Positions 35,796 through 45,597 of a stretch of 64,000 nucleotides of DNA are shown here, one piece after another. Source of the DNA: a virus. A program made the translations under genes and the position numbers. Numbering within the stretch: position 1 is the first letter of the stretch; each line of letters begins with the position of its first letter. The DNA lies in IMG/VR virus record IMGVR_UViG_3300025913_000025, positions 43,420 through 107,419 of that record; one strand, given 5' to 3'. The notes below the pieces were generated by a model, which was not told where the DNA came from, ran no database searches, and saw nothing but the letters and a program-made list of their open reading frames with translations.

Positions 35796-36017
35796 ATGAA
35801 GCTTTACACTCTTCGGGAAGCGGCCGATAAGCTCAAGATCCACCGGAACACGGTCGCGGATCTGGTGCGATGCTGGCGAATTCCGACACACTCCATCGAG
35901 GAACACTATCGGGGCCGAGCACGCGGGCTGACGAGTGCCGCGGTTAACCTGATGGCGGAACGGCTGAAACCCAGAAAGCGAGAAACGGATGGAGCAAGAA
36001 CAGACACCGACGGCTGA
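35796..36017 (+). CDS. Excisionase-type HTH protein
   Basis: LYTLREAADKLKIHRNTV. Confidence 0.7.
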   Translation: MKLYTLREAADKLKIHRNTVADLVRCWRIPTHSIEEHYRGRARGLTSAAVNLMAERLKPRKRETDGARTDTDG

Positions 36018-36669
36018 CGCAGGCGAAGCGCTCACGCCTGAGATCGTCGAGGAGATCATCAATGTTCCGCAGACGCGGACCGAGATGATCGACGAAGACG
36101 GGTTCATCTGGGTCCTCGAGACCGGCGAAGTCATTGGCCACGTGAAGGAACGCGAGGTCGTTGAGGACCGATTCAAGATCGAGTCCACCGAGGCCGCCGA
36201 ATGGGTTCTTCAACTCCGCTCCGAAGCGGAGGGGAAGGTTCTCGGCCTGGTGGCGAGGAAGGCCGCGCTGATCGAGCAGATGGACAAGGTGATCGCGAAG
36301 TCCATGCGGAGGATCAGTTATTGGGACTTCCGGTTCCGTGATGAACTGATCGCCTGGGCCCGCACTCAACTGAAAGGCAAGGAGAAGACGCTTCAACTCG
36401 CGTGGGCGTCGATCTCGTTCCGAGAATCGCGGGGATCGAACGTCATTGTCTCGGACGAAGAGGCCTTGCGATACGTCGAGACCTACGCGCCCCAACTGGT
36501 CAAGGTCAAGCGGTCGGTCGGGATCAAGGAAGTTCTTGAAGCGAAGAAAATCGCCGAGTCGATCACCGATGAGAAGCAAGGCGAGCTTGGGTTCATGAAG
36601 CACACGGGACCGTCTGAGACGGTCAAAATCTCCACCGGAATCTCAATCGAAAGGGACAACAGGTCATGA
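35989..36669 (+). CDS. Gam-like host-nuclease inhibitor (Mu Gam family)
   Basis: FKIES..AAEWVL, coiled coil, KTLQL..ASISFR; adjacent to a recombinase. Confidence 0.7.
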   Translation: MEQEQTPTADAGEALTPEIVEEIINVPQTRTEMIDEDGFIWVLETGEVIGHVKEREVVEDRFKIESTEAAEWVLQLRSEAEGKVLGLVARKAALIEQMDKVIAKSMRRISYWDFRFRDELIAWARTQLKGKEKTLQLAWASISFRESRGSNVIVSDEEALRYVETYAPQLVKVKRSVGIKEVLEAKKIAESITDEKQGELGFMKHTGPSETVKISTGISIERDNRS

Positions 36670-37799
36670 CAGAGTTAGCCGTTCAAGCGACTCCGGCAGC
36701 GCCGCCGATGCAGTTGCGGCAACTGAACGCCATCGAGACGGCGGCAATGACACTCGATTCGTTGTGGTGGCTCGCACAGCGGGTTGCCGACGGAAAGTTG
36801 TTCCCGGGACTCACAAACGACGCGGCCGTCTTCACGCTTATGTGTATCTGTCAGAGCGAGGGGCTTCATCCGATCGAGGCCCTCCGGCAGTACGACATTG
36901 TTGAAGGTCGGCCGGCGATGAAGGCCGCGGCAATTCAGGCCAAGTTCCTCAGTCGCGGCGGCCGGATCAAGATCCTGGTTCGCACGAACGAAGAGGCGCG
37001 GGCCGTCTTCACTCATCCCCAGCTCTGTCCCGATGGATGGGAGAACAGCGTCTCGTTCGCCGACCTTCAGAAGCGAGGGATCACGAACGGCCGCGATGGG
37101 GTGAAGACCAATTACAAACGTTCACCGGCTGAAATGCTCTGGGCACGCTTGGTCTCCAATTCGATCCGAACAATCGACCCCGGAATCGTCGTGGGGATCA
37201 CGAGTTCCGAGGAACTCCGCGACGAGCTCGACAATGATCGCGATGTCCGGTTCGCCCTGCCGATGCAGACGGCGCCGGTTGAAATTTCGGCAACCTCGGA
37301 AGCGGTCACTTCACAGACGCTCGAGGCTCGACTCCCCGGGCAAGACGCGCCGGGCCCGGATTCGCGGACCTATGCGGATGCCGTGAATTCAGCGATCGTC
37401 GCGACCAACCGGCAGATCGAGGAACTGGCGCAGGTCAACGGCGTGGAGGTTCCGCTCAAGATCGCCAAGCCGTCGCCGCATAAATTCCTCTTCAACCAAC
37501 TCATCCAAAACGCCCTGCATCCCGGACCGATGCCGACGAAGCTCGGCGATGCGATCGTCCAACTCGACCAGGCTTACAAGGCGCGCCGGGACTGGGTGCG
37601 GATCACGCTCGGGGCGTTCTTCGCGGAGCAAATGGAAGAGGCGCAGGCGATCGTGGCGAAGCAGGTTCGCGAGCGAGGCGAGAAGGAGGCGCCGAAGACC
37701 GCGGAACCGAAGACGGAGGCAGCGGACGCGGCACCGAATCAGGGATCGCTTCTCGATCTAAATGACGACGTGCGGGGCGAGGGGCCGGACGACGTTTAA
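36666..37799 (+). CDS. RecT-like single-strand annealing recombinase
   Basis: GLHPIEAL...IVEGRPAM...NYKRSPAEMLWAR...IR...PG..GI.S.EE. Confidence 0.75.
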   Translation: MTELAVQATPAAPPMQLRQLNAIETAAMTLDSLWWLAQRVADGKLFPGLTNDAAVFTLMCICQSEGLHPIEALRQYDIVEGRPAMKAAAIQAKFLSRGGRIKILVRTNEEARAVFTHPQLCPDGWENSVSFADLQKRGITNGRDGVKTNYKRSPAEMLWARLVSNSIRTIDPGIVVGITSSEELRDELDNDRDVRFALPMQTAPVEISATSEAVTSQTLEARLPGQDAPGPDSRTYADAVNSAIVATNRQIEELAQVNGVEVPLKIAKPSPHKFLFNQLIQNALHPGPMPTKLGDAIVQLDQAYKARRDWVRITLGAFFAEQMEEAQAIVAKQVRERGEKEAPKTAEPKTEAADAAPNQGSLLDLNDDVRGEGPDDV

Positions 37800-37816
37800 C
37801 CGGAGACCGATAGCTC

Positions 37817-38353
37817 GTGAATCTTGTGACGTTGAAAGAATTAGCCGAAGAATTCGGCGTCGAGCGGTCGAGTCTCAGAAAATGGATCGTCAAGAACGAA
37901 TTCGCTTCATGCTCCGTTCGCTCCAACGATTCACGCGGTCAACTCTCTCTGGCATTCACGGAAGACATTGCTGAACAGATCCGCGAAAAGAGACATGCGC
38001 AGGGCTTTTGTTTCGAGAAACAATTCCCTGCGGCTGTTTCTAATATTGGCATGTTCTACGCAATCCAGGTCGCGCCCGACCTGCGTCCTGAGCGCATCAA
38101 GCTTGGGTTCGCTACAAATCTCGTTGAGCGTTTGGCGGCCCATCGAACCGCATCGCCGACCGCTTCGGTTCTTCTGGTCTTTCCTTGCCGTAGAACGTGG
38201 GAGTTCGCGGCCATTGACGCAATCACAGATTGCGACTGTATCCCGCTCTCGAATGAGGTGTTCGATTTTCAATCCTTAGAAGAATTGGCAGTCAGAGCGA
38301 CTCGGTTCTTCAGCCTCCTGCCCGATCCAAACCGAAAGACTGAACCATCATGA
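37817..38353 (+). CDS. HTH plus GIY-YIG (T5orf172-like) protein
   Basis: GMFYAIQ...RIKLGFATNLVERL..HRTASP...EVF. Confidence 0.75.
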   Translation: MNLVTLKELAEEFGVERSSLRKWIVKNEFASCSVRSNDSRGQLSLAFTEDIAEQIREKRHAQGFCFEKQFPAAVSNIGMFYAIQVAPDLRPERIKLGFATNLVERLAAHRTASPTASVLLVFPCRRTWEFAAIDAITDCDCIPLSNEVFDFQSLEELAVRATRFFSLLPDPNRKTEPS

Positions 38354-38532
38354 ACCGCAAACCCGGCACGTTGTATCACCGATTCTGGCGCGCGTTCCAA
38401 CGCGAGCAAATGAACGCGCGACATCAGCGCCGCGCCAATCGTCGCAAGCTCAAGAGGAGTGCGATCGACAGCGAGAGATTGCTCCAACGCCTCCTTGCGG
38501 ACGTCCGCGCTAATCCCGCGACACACCGTTGA
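38350..38532 (+). CDS. Small basic protein
   Basis: ATGA-coupled. Confidence 0.45.
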   Translation: MNRKPGTLYHRFWRAFQREQMNARHQRRANRRKLKRSAIDSERLLQRLLADVRANPATHR

Positions 38533-38712
38533 TCCAAGCCGCCGTCGGAACGATGAGCGGGCCCTAGGCCGGCGACGACTCGGGCCGTCCGGTTCGCAAA
38601 CCTGATTCGCCACAGGTACATGACGCAAGATGGCAACTTGCCGAACCCAACGGCACCGACGGCGGTTTGCGTTTTCCAAGTTCCGTCCCTTCTGAAACGA
38701 AAGGTCCAGCCG

Positions 38713-39525
38713 ATGAGCCAGGTTGATGAACTGCGCCAGTGCGTGACCGCGTTGCGAGGACTCGCCCAGGGACAATCAGCCAAGGACATTCTGGACCGCC
38801 TGGAGAAGTACCAGGCCGTTCAGGTCGCCGCTTACGACGTGGCCTTACTCAAGCAGCAGCGCGACGCGGCGATCGAGGACAACCGGCATCTGGCAAAGCG
38901 GGTTCAGCATTACACGGACGCCGAAAAGCTCTGTCCGATGACGACAAGCAAGGAGCAGGTCATCGGCGCCATCAAGAGGTTCGACCCGTTCACGAAGACT
39001 CCGAGCGACACGGCGGCGTTCCTGAACTCGATCGTGCCGATGGTCGAGCGGATCGAGATCGTTTCTGCCGAGACATTGTCCGAGGAGCACGCGAGAATCG
39101 CGGAGCTCGAAGCGGTCCGGGAGAATTTGCTCGAAGCCATCGGGAACATGGAGCGTGAGCTTGCCGAAGCGCGCGGAGTGGAGATTTCGGACTGGGCAAT
39201 CCAGGACATCAAGAATCAGCGCCGGGGAAGCGCCAAGGAGATTGACGACGCGGCCGAGATTCCGGTCGCGAAGACCAGCGAATTCCCTCCGTCGCTTCTG
39301 CGGGATCAATCGTCGGTTCAAGACACGACTCCTGCGCACAGGGATGAACCCTCGCCGGCCGCCGCTCCCAAAGAACTCCAGAAGTCACCGGCCCGGATGC
39401 AGCTCTGGGAACTGGCGATGCTCCGGATACTCGATCCCGGACTTCTCAGTGAGAAGGGTTGGTCCGAACTCGCCGGCTTCCTGCACGAGCTTTTGATCCG
39501 GCAGGAGCACGCCGATGGGATCTGA
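38713..39525 (+). CDS. Hypothetical coiled-coil protein
   Basis: Long ORF, AAGG RBS. Confidence 0.6.
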   Translation: MSQVDELRQCVTALRGLAQGQSAKDILDRLEKYQAVQVAAYDVALLKQQRDAAIEDNRHLAKRVQHYTDAEKLCPMTTSKEQVIGAIKRFDPFTKTPSDTAAFLNSIVPMVERIEIVSAETLSEEHARIAELEAVRENLLEAIGNMERELAEARGVEISDWAIQDIKNQRRGSAKEIDDAAEIPVAKTSEFPPSLLRDQSSVQDTTPAHRDEPSPAAAPKELQKSPARMQLWELAMLRILDPGLLSEKGWSELAGFLHELLIRQEHADGI

Positions 39526-40006
39526 TCCCAAGCGGACGCCGATCATTTTCTTGGACATCGACGGCGTCTTGAATTCCGGGTTCCTGCATCCCAAGCTTCA
39601 TTACGCGACGATTGATCCAGTGCTCGCGCGGCGACTTGGAATGATCCTGGAGGAGACTGATGCGCGGATCGTTCTGATATCGGCCTGGCGCTACCTGGTC
39701 CACGGAGGATCAATGACGCTCAGCGGACTCCGGGCTCTTTTCCTCTCACATTGGATCGATGGTACGAAGATCATCGACATCACGCGCAAGGACGCGACTA
39801 AGACCCGCTCTGACCGCGGACCGCAGATCAGCGAATGGCTCTCGGCAAATCCTGAGCGCGTTTCCCGCTACCTTGTGATCGACAACATGGATCTCGAGGT
39901 CACGGCCTGCGGGCATCCGCTCATACTGGTCGATGGAAGTATCGGACTCACCGACAGCAATGTCGCGCAGGCGATTTTCTTTCTGAAAGAAGGGGTTCAT
40001 CCATGA
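39515..40006 (+). CDS. HAD-domain protein (Swiss-army-knife RNA-repair type)
   Basis: IIFLDIDGVLNS...IVLISAWR...RGPQISEWL...YLVID. Confidence 0.85.
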   Translation: MGSDPKRTPIIFLDIDGVLNSGFLHPKLHYATIDPVLARRLGMILEETDARIVLISAWRYLVHGGSMTLSGLRALFLSHWIDGTKIIDITRKDATKTRSDRGPQISEWLSANPERVSRYLVIDNMDLEVTACGHPLILVDGSIGLTDSNVAQAIFFLKEGVHP

Positions 40007-40266
40007 AGACGCTTGAGGAGTTCTGGAAGGAATGGCGCGACGACGTTCTCGAGGACAAACTGTCTCCCGAGATGATCGAGATCGCAAAGGGCGCGTTCTT
40101 CGGCGGGGCCATGGCAATGCTTGCGAGAGCCTCTGAGCTTCAGCCTGGAGATACGTTACCCTCCAGATACATCACGGAGTCCTATGGAGAAATCTCGGCC
40201 TACACGGTCGTTTTGGCGCGACGAATCGCGGATGATAAATTCCGTGACCAGCTCGAGACGATCTGA
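40003..40266 (+). CDS. Hypothetical protein
   Basis: ATGA-coupled; AFFGGA motif. Confidence 0.6.
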   Translation: MKTLEEFWKEWRDDVLEDKLSPEMIEIAKGAFFGGAMAMLARASELQPGDTLPSRYITESYGEISAYTVVLARRIADDKFRDQLETI

Positions 40267-40330
40267 CTGACGACACGCCAGGCCGTCCCCCTCGACTCCG
40301 ATGCCCTGTCCCGAACGAGCGCGTTCCCCA

Positions 40331-41341
40331 ATGCGATGGTTCCGGTTTTACCACGACTGGCCGTTCGATCCGAGGATCCGCGGACTGCGCCCCGAATTGT
40401 TTCGGGCCTGGGTCGAGATCCTCTGTCTGGCGAGTAAGCAAGAGCCCCGGGGAACCCTCCCTCCGGTGCCCGAAATCGCGCTTGCTTTGAGGATGAGAAA
40501 GGATCATGTGGAGCGTTACATCGGCGACTTAGTCGCTCTTGATCTCCTTCAAAGAAGCGACTCAGGAGCGATTGAAGACCCTCACTGGTCCTCTTTACAA
40601 GCCGATAGCGATACCTCTACCAAACGTGTAAAACGCCACAGGGAAAGGACTTCGGGCGACTACAAAACTAGCCGTGAAACGGTCTCACGAAACGGCCATT
40701 CGCGCGCGCCCGCGTCTGAGATTAGAGATAGAGAAAGAGGAGAGGAGAGAGAATCCCCCCTCCCCCTTCACGTTTCGACGCCAGCGGAAAAACCAGACCG
40801 GGAGCCGTTCGATCCGGGAGACGACGGGGACGAAATCGCGACGGTTCCCGAGCCTCCCAAGCGCAATCCGATCGATCAGGCTGATCTCGACAAGGCAATC
40901 GCGCTGCTCAAGGCCGATCACCGGACCTTCGACGTCGCCGCGCATCTGTCCAGGTACCACGCATTGCCGATCAACATGCGGATCGAGGGCTGGCAATGGC
41001 TTCTGGCCGCCGAAGTGATGACCGGCCCGGGCCTCGACGATAGCAAGCGCGGGAGCTTCCCCTACCTGATCGGGGTCGCCAAGACCAAAACGCCGAGAGA
41101 CCGGGTTCCGGCGATCCGCAGCATGGCGAACCGCGGGCCCCTGCCGCGCGGCGCGCAGCCATTCCCCGAACCCGCGCAGGATTTCCACACGGCATCTGCA
41201 GAGGATCGAGAGCGGCTGAACCGGCTCTATGAGAGCTCTCGGAGGATCAACCAGAAGAAAAACGAGGAGTTTCAAAGGCAACGGGCTGAAGCTCTGAGAT
41301 CTCACGACCGTCTCGGCGCTCCGTCGGGGGACGCGGAATGA
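40331..41341 (+). CDS. Phage replication initiator (replisome organiser-like)
   Basis: WFRFYHD...DPRI...WVEILCLAS...STKRVKRHRER; purine-rich central tract; precedes dnaB. Confidence 0.8.
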   Translation: MRWFRFYHDWPFDPRIRGLRPELFRAWVEILCLASKQEPRGTLPPVPEIALALRMRKDHVERYIGDLVALDLLQRSDSGAIEDPHWSSLQADSDTSTKRVKRHRERTSGDYKTSRETVSRNGHSRAPASEIRDRERGEERESPLPLHVSTPAEKPDREPFDPGDDGDEIATVPEPPKRNPIDQADLDKAIALLKADHRTFDVAAHLSRYHALPINMRIEGWQWLLAAEVMTGPGLDDSKRGSFPYLIGVAKTKTPRDRVPAIRSMANRGPLPRGAQPFPEPAQDFHTASAEDRERLNRLYESSRRINQKKNEEFQRQRAEALRSHDRLGAPSGDAE

Positions 41342-42729
41342 GCTCCCGCGAGGCGCTCCCGGCAGAGAACGGCAAGGCCGACTTCAAGTTCCGGATGCCG
41401 CCCCATAGCATACCGCTCGAGCAAGGAGTTCTCGGCGCACTCATGATCGATAACTCCCTGATGCACGTAATCGCGCAAGTGCTTACTGTCACGGACTTTT
41501 ATCGTGATTCGCATCAGGTGATTTACGGCACGATCAAACGTCGCTACGAGGCGAACAAGGGATTCGATCTCCATCTTGTCTGCGAGGACCTGGAACGATC
41601 GGGGGAGCTCGCCGGGATCGGCGGAAGCCACTACCTCTACGAAATCGTTAGCGGGGAAGGTGCGTTGACCTGGCATGCTCTGGAGTATGCGGCGATCGTC
41701 AAGGATAAATCGATCAAGCGGCAACTGATCGTTGCGGCAAACCGGCTACTTCATGAGTCTTACGCCGAAGCTCATGACAGCCAGGTCGTTCTTGGGATGA
41801 CTGGTCGGGATCTTCTCGAAATTCAGCATCAGATGACCGGCTCAAGCCTGAAGACAGGCGAGCAAGTCACGGAAGAGGCGATCAAGTACATCGATCGCCG
41901 GCTTGCGGGCGAGGTCACGGGGATCATGACGGGATTCACCGACATCGACGATGCGACGGATGGCTTCCAGGACGGGGAGATGATCGTTCTCGCGGCTCGG
42001 CCGTCACAAGGGAAGAGCGCGCTCGGGATGAACATTGCCGAGAACGTGGCGCTTCAGGGCGGAGTGACGACGCTCTTTATCTCGCTCGAAATGAAGTCGC
42101 GATCCCTGGGGCTCCGGCTTCTGGCTTCGAACTCTCAGATCGATTCCAAACTGTTCCGGAAGCCGGACAGTCTCAGCGCCGATCAATTTTCGGCGATCGA
42201 CCAGGCCCACGCGTTCGTCAGCAGCGGTCGGCTCTGGATCGATGACAAGGGAGGTCGCACGGTCGATCAAATTGCGGCCCAGTGCCGTTCGCTGAAGATG
42301 ACCGAGAACCTGGGATTCGTGGTGCTCGATTACCTCGGGCGCGTCCAGCCGTCCTACCGGCGCGATGAGAACCGGACGGCCGAGGTCGGCAGGATCTCGA
42401 CGGCAATCTCGGACCTGGCTAAAGAGCTCAATATCCCATTCCTGATTCTCCACCAGCTCAACCGTGCGAGTGAGAACCGCGACGACCGACGCCCGCGGAT
42501 CTCCGACCTGCGTGATAGCGGAGTCATCGAGCAAGATGCGGACGTCGTGATGCTCCTTCACCGAGCTTGTGTCTACAACCCGGAAGACCGCCCGGGTGAG
42601 GCCGATGTCAACATCGTCAAGAACCGCAACGGCGAGCCAAGACCGGTTCGTCTGGCCTTCCTGAAACACCTCACCAAGTTCGGCAACCTGGCCTATTCCG
42701 GGACCGATTATTCTGGGGACTGGAGTTAG
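41338..42729 (+). CDS. dnaB: Replicative DNA helicase DnaB-like
   Basis: PPHSI..EQGVLG, LAARPSQGKS, SLEM, LDYL, QLNR, DLRDSGVIEQDADVV, KNRNG. Confidence 0.97.
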   Translation: MSSREALPAENGKADFKFRMPPHSIPLEQGVLGALMIDNSLMHVIAQVLTVTDFYRDSHQVIYGTIKRRYEANKGFDLHLVCEDLERSGELAGIGGSHYLYEIVSGEGALTWHALEYAAIVKDKSIKRQLIVAANRLLHESYAEAHDSQVVLGMTGRDLLEIQHQMTGSSLKTGEQVTEEAIKYIDRRLAGEVTGIMTGFTDIDDATDGFQDGEMIVLAARPSQGKSALGMNIAENVALQGGVTTLFISLEMKSRSLGLRLLASNSQIDSKLFRKPDSLSADQFSAIDQAHAFVSSGRLWIDDKGGRTVDQIAAQCRSLKMTENLGFVVLDYLGRVQPSYRRDENRTAEVGRISTAISDLAKELNIPFLILHQLNRASENRDDRRPRISDLRDSGVIEQDADVVMLLHRACVYNPEDRPGEADVNIVKNRNGEPRPVRLAFLKHLTKFGNLAYSGTDYSGDWS

Positions 42730-42753
42730 CTTTTTTCCTGGGAGGAGGCATCG

Positions 42754-43197
42754 ATGATTCGCGATCCGGTTGGTTTCATGAAGCGGATGGCCAAGCATCT
42801 TCTCGAGTGCAAGCCGGGCCGCGAGGCACAGACGATGCGAATGGTTGCCTTGCATCTGAGCAGCTACGCGGAGGCGCTCAATGCGGAGGCTATCGCGCGG
42901 ATCGAGACGTCGATCATGGATGCACACGTCAAAGAGATGCGTAAATCGCTCAGCAGCAAAGACTTGATACTCGAGGGAATCATCCTGTCACCTCAGATCG
43001 GCGACCCGCGGATTGCCACGATTCCCCCGCGCACCGAGCTTGGTAACTGCATGGATTGTGGGCAGGCAGTATGGATTGTTGAGATCGATGATGATATTCG
43101 GGAGAAATACAACCCAAAACCGGTTTGTCCGGCTTGCATAAGACAGAGGTTCCCCGGTATAGTCCTGCTCGGCGGCGACGTTGAGCCGCGCGGTTGA
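42754..43197 (+). CDS. Hypothetical protein with Zn ribbon
   Basis: GGAGG RBS; CMDC...CPAC. Confidence 0.65.
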   Translation: MIRDPVGFMKRMAKHLLECKPGREAQTMRMVALHLSSYAEALNAEAIARIETSIMDAHVKEMRKSLSSKDLILEGIILSPQIGDPRIATIPPRTELGNCMDCGQAVWIVEIDDDIREKYNPKPVCPACIRQRFPGIVLLGGDVEPRG

Positions 43198-43230
43198 CGC
43201 ACGATACGTTTGCACGCGAGTCAGACTGGT

Positions 43231-43545
43231 ATGTCTCAATACGTAGGTCCATGCGCTGAAACGTACCTCAACTTCCGTCCCAAGGAGGTCTACACCTCGA
43301 CTGAAATTGCTGCGCTCTTGGGAATGAGTCCCGGCGCGACAGTGCGGGCGATGGACTCGGGAGCGATTCCTTCACGGAGGATCCCTGGTTCGCGACACAG
43401 GAGGACTGACCACGCGGATCTTGTAAAATGGCTCCGCAACTCGCCCGCTCGGCAAAAGACCCTGGAGCGCCTGGAGTGGGCGGAAAAATTGATGTCGCGC
43501 GCGAATTCCGCAGTCACCTTGGAGACGACCGATGGGCAATCGTGA
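43231..43545 (+). CDS. Excisionase-family HTH protein resembling the DNA-binding domain of planctomycete response regulators
   Basis: VYTSTEIAALLGMSPGATVRAMDSGAIPSRRIPGSRHRR. Confidence 0.7.
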   Translation: MSQYVGPCAETYLNFRPKEVYTSTEIAALLGMSPGATVRAMDSGAIPSRRIPGSRHRRTDHADLVKWLRNSPARQKTLERLEWAEKLMSRANSAVTLETTDGQS

Positions 43546-43888
43546 GACCGTCGAATTGAGCCTGGAGACGCTGGCCGAACTCGACGGCGGCATCGTCAAC
43601 GCGATCGTCGCGGACCTGCAGACCAAGGCCGCGATCGATTGCATGAACCGGCCCGAGGAAAGCAAGCCTCGGACCATCAACGTTCAGCTCGAATACACTC
43701 CCGTCTTCGAGCGCGGCGAGTGTGTCGACGTCAACGTTCAGGTGCTCGTGAAGGCGGCACAACCCGTCAGCCGGACCCGGGTGTACCGGGTTGGAGTCAA
43801 GCGGAACGGCCGGCTGTTCTTCGCGCCCGAGAACCCCGACGACATCGGCCAGCGGGGACTCGACTTCGACGACAAGAAGGACAAATGA
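43532..43888 (+). CDS. Hypothetical phage protein (YfdP-like partner)
   Basis: LAELDGG...DCMNRP...KPRTI.VQL. Confidence 0.7.
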   Translation: MGNRETVELSLETLAELDGGIVNAIVADLQTKAAIDCMNRPEESKPRTINVQLEYTPVFERGECVDVNVQVLVKAAQPVSRTRVYRVGVKRNGRLFFAPENPDDIGQRGLDFDDKKDK

Positions 43889-44646
43889 TGGACCTGAAAG
43901 CCGCGATCGAATACGTGGTGGGGCTGGCTATATCGAAGCCGATCGAGATTCACTCATCGGCCACCGAGAAAATCTTCCTTCACGACGGCGAGTCAGTGAC
44001 CGTCGAACTTCCGATCACGCCGCGGCGACACGTCGCGCGAACGCTCGACGACATCATCGCGCTTGCCAACCTGTTCAAGGCGGACGGGTACACGCCGGTC
44101 GTCTGGTACGACGAAGGCAAGGTCTGCGTGGTGTTCGACGACGTTGAGTCGCGCCAGAATTTTGCCGCGATGCCGCTTCATAGGTCGGCGGTCTTTGATA
44201 CGGTCAACTCGCTGGCCTCGGGAACATGGTTGAACCAGGTCCATTTTATCCGTCTGCTCCGCGTCGAGCTTCACGGCGCGCAGACGCCGGTGCAACTCCT
44301 GAACCTGGTCCGCGACGTTGTGTTCGAGAATGGCACGATGACCAGCCAGAAGATCGGTCGGCAGGATGAGTCGGTCAGCCGCGCGATCAAGGCCTCGGTC
44401 ACGACGCAGGCCGGTGACATCCCCGAGGAGATCACGCTTCAACTGCCGATCTACTCCAACCCGAACGAGACGGATTCTTACCCGGTCCTCTGCGCGATCG
44501 ACATCAAGCCGAAGGAGGGACTGTTCCAGTTGATCCCGCTTCCGGATCGGATTCAGGCCGCGGTCAACGCGAAGATGAACCAGATCCGCGGGCGGCTGGC
44601 CGAGGGCCTCCAGGAAGGAATTCCATTCTATTACGGTGCCCCGTGA
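43885..44646 (+). CDS. DUF2303/YfdQ-like protein
   Basis: TLDDII...Q..FIRLLR...IPEEITLQLPIY...FYYGAP; paired with the previous gene. Confidence 0.65.
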   Translation: MMDLKAAIEYVVGLAISKPIEIHSSATEKIFLHDGESVTVELPITPRRHVARTLDDIIALANLFKADGYTPVVWYDEGKVCVVFDDVESRQNFAAMPLHRSAVFDTVNSLASGTWLNQVHFIRLLRVELHGAQTPVQLLNLVRDVVFENGTMTSQKIGRQDESVSRAIKASVTTQAGDIPEEITLQLPIYSNPNETDSYPVLCAIDIKPKEGLFQLIPLPDRIQAAVNAKMNQIRGRLAEGLQEGIPFYYGAP

Positions 44647-45014
44647 CGACCGTCGTGAAGGTCACACGCGCGAACCGGGATGAGCTCCGAGCGAATCCCC
44701 TCTTCACCTGGGTCGGCCGCCCATGCGGTCGTCTCGGGATGAAAGGTTCGCTGTTCGGGAATCCCTGGGTCGTCGGCATGATGTGGAACGGGCAGATTAT
44801 CACGGCGGGCGAGGCCGTGAGGAAATTCGACCGCTTGCTCGAACCCGGAAATCCCGACATGAAGGCCGCGGCGATCCGCGCGAACCTGTATAAGCTCCGG
44901 GGCCGCGTGCTAGGATGTGTGTGCTGTGACTATGATGGCCATGGTGAGCCGTCCAAACCTTGTCACGCGGTCAGCCTGGCAAGGGCAGTCGATGCGATGG
45001 AGCTCGAAGACTAA
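44643..45014 (+). CDS. DUF4326-family protein
   Basis: VGRP...FGNPW...LRGRVLGC.C...PCHA..L. Confidence 0.85.
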   Translation: MTTVVKVTRANRDELRANPLFTWVGRPCGRLGMKGSLFGNPWVVGMMWNGQIITAGEAVRKFDRLLEPGNPDMKAAAIRANLYKLRGRVLGCVCCDYDGHGEPSKPCHAVSLARAVDAMELED

Positions 45015-45035
45015 CAGAACACGGGAGGAACTCCG

Positions 45036-45386
45036 GTGCATCTCAACGTCGAGATCAGCGCGATCGCCGAATCGATTCGCGAAGCCGCCCGTCCCGATCG
45101 GGACAAATCCATCCCCTCCGAACAACTCTATGGACCCATCATCCGCGCGATGGCGCGGCTTGCAGACAAGTTGATGCGATTGAACATGATCGGCAAGTCC
45201 GAGCGGACGATGCGTCTTATCCAGAACCTCCGCGCGGGCATTTACCAGGACAGTGTTCATCCGCGGCTGATCTCTTGCTACGCAGAAGCCACGATTGCTG
45301 AACTCTCCTGGATCGCCAGTGAGATCCGCACTCGCGAAGAGGCGATGTCGCCGACGCTCGGCGGCGCTGAGCTGGCCATCGGATAA
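45036..45386 (+). CDS. Hypothetical protein
   Basis: GGAGG RBS, GTG start. Confidence 0.55.
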   Translation: MHLNVEISAIAESIREAARPDRDKSIPSEQLYGPIIRAMARLADKLMRLNMIGKSERTMRLIQNLRAGIYQDSVHPRLISCYAEATIAELSWIASEIRTREEAMSPTLGGAELAIG

Positions 45387-45547
45387 CCGGGATTCCGACC
45401 AATGATTCATGGCCTCACGGCCACGAATCATTGGATGCTCGAAACGTGAACCGGTCGCTTTCCGAGACCGGTGAGCATGGCTTCTCGGGGACAAGAGACG
45501 ACCCCCGGGGCGAGGAAGGCCATTCAGCCGGCCGACCTTGGTTTGTG

Positions 45548-45588
45548 ATGGGGCGCCTGGCCTGCAACCGGGCGCCCCATTTCTTTCT
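45548..45588 (+). terminator. Intrinsic terminator directly upstream of the methyltransferase RBS
   Basis: 13-bp stem ATGGGGCGCCTGG/CCGGGCGCCCCAT followed by TTCTTTCT. Confidence 0.7.
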
Positions 45589-45597
45589 GGAGGCAAG

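Noticed and set aside
38549-38585. Hammerhead ribozyme-like GATGAG
   Set aside because: No CUGANGA core and no GAAA after stem II
40720-40770. Replication origin within the initiator gene
   Set aside because: Purine-rich tract present but no clear iterons
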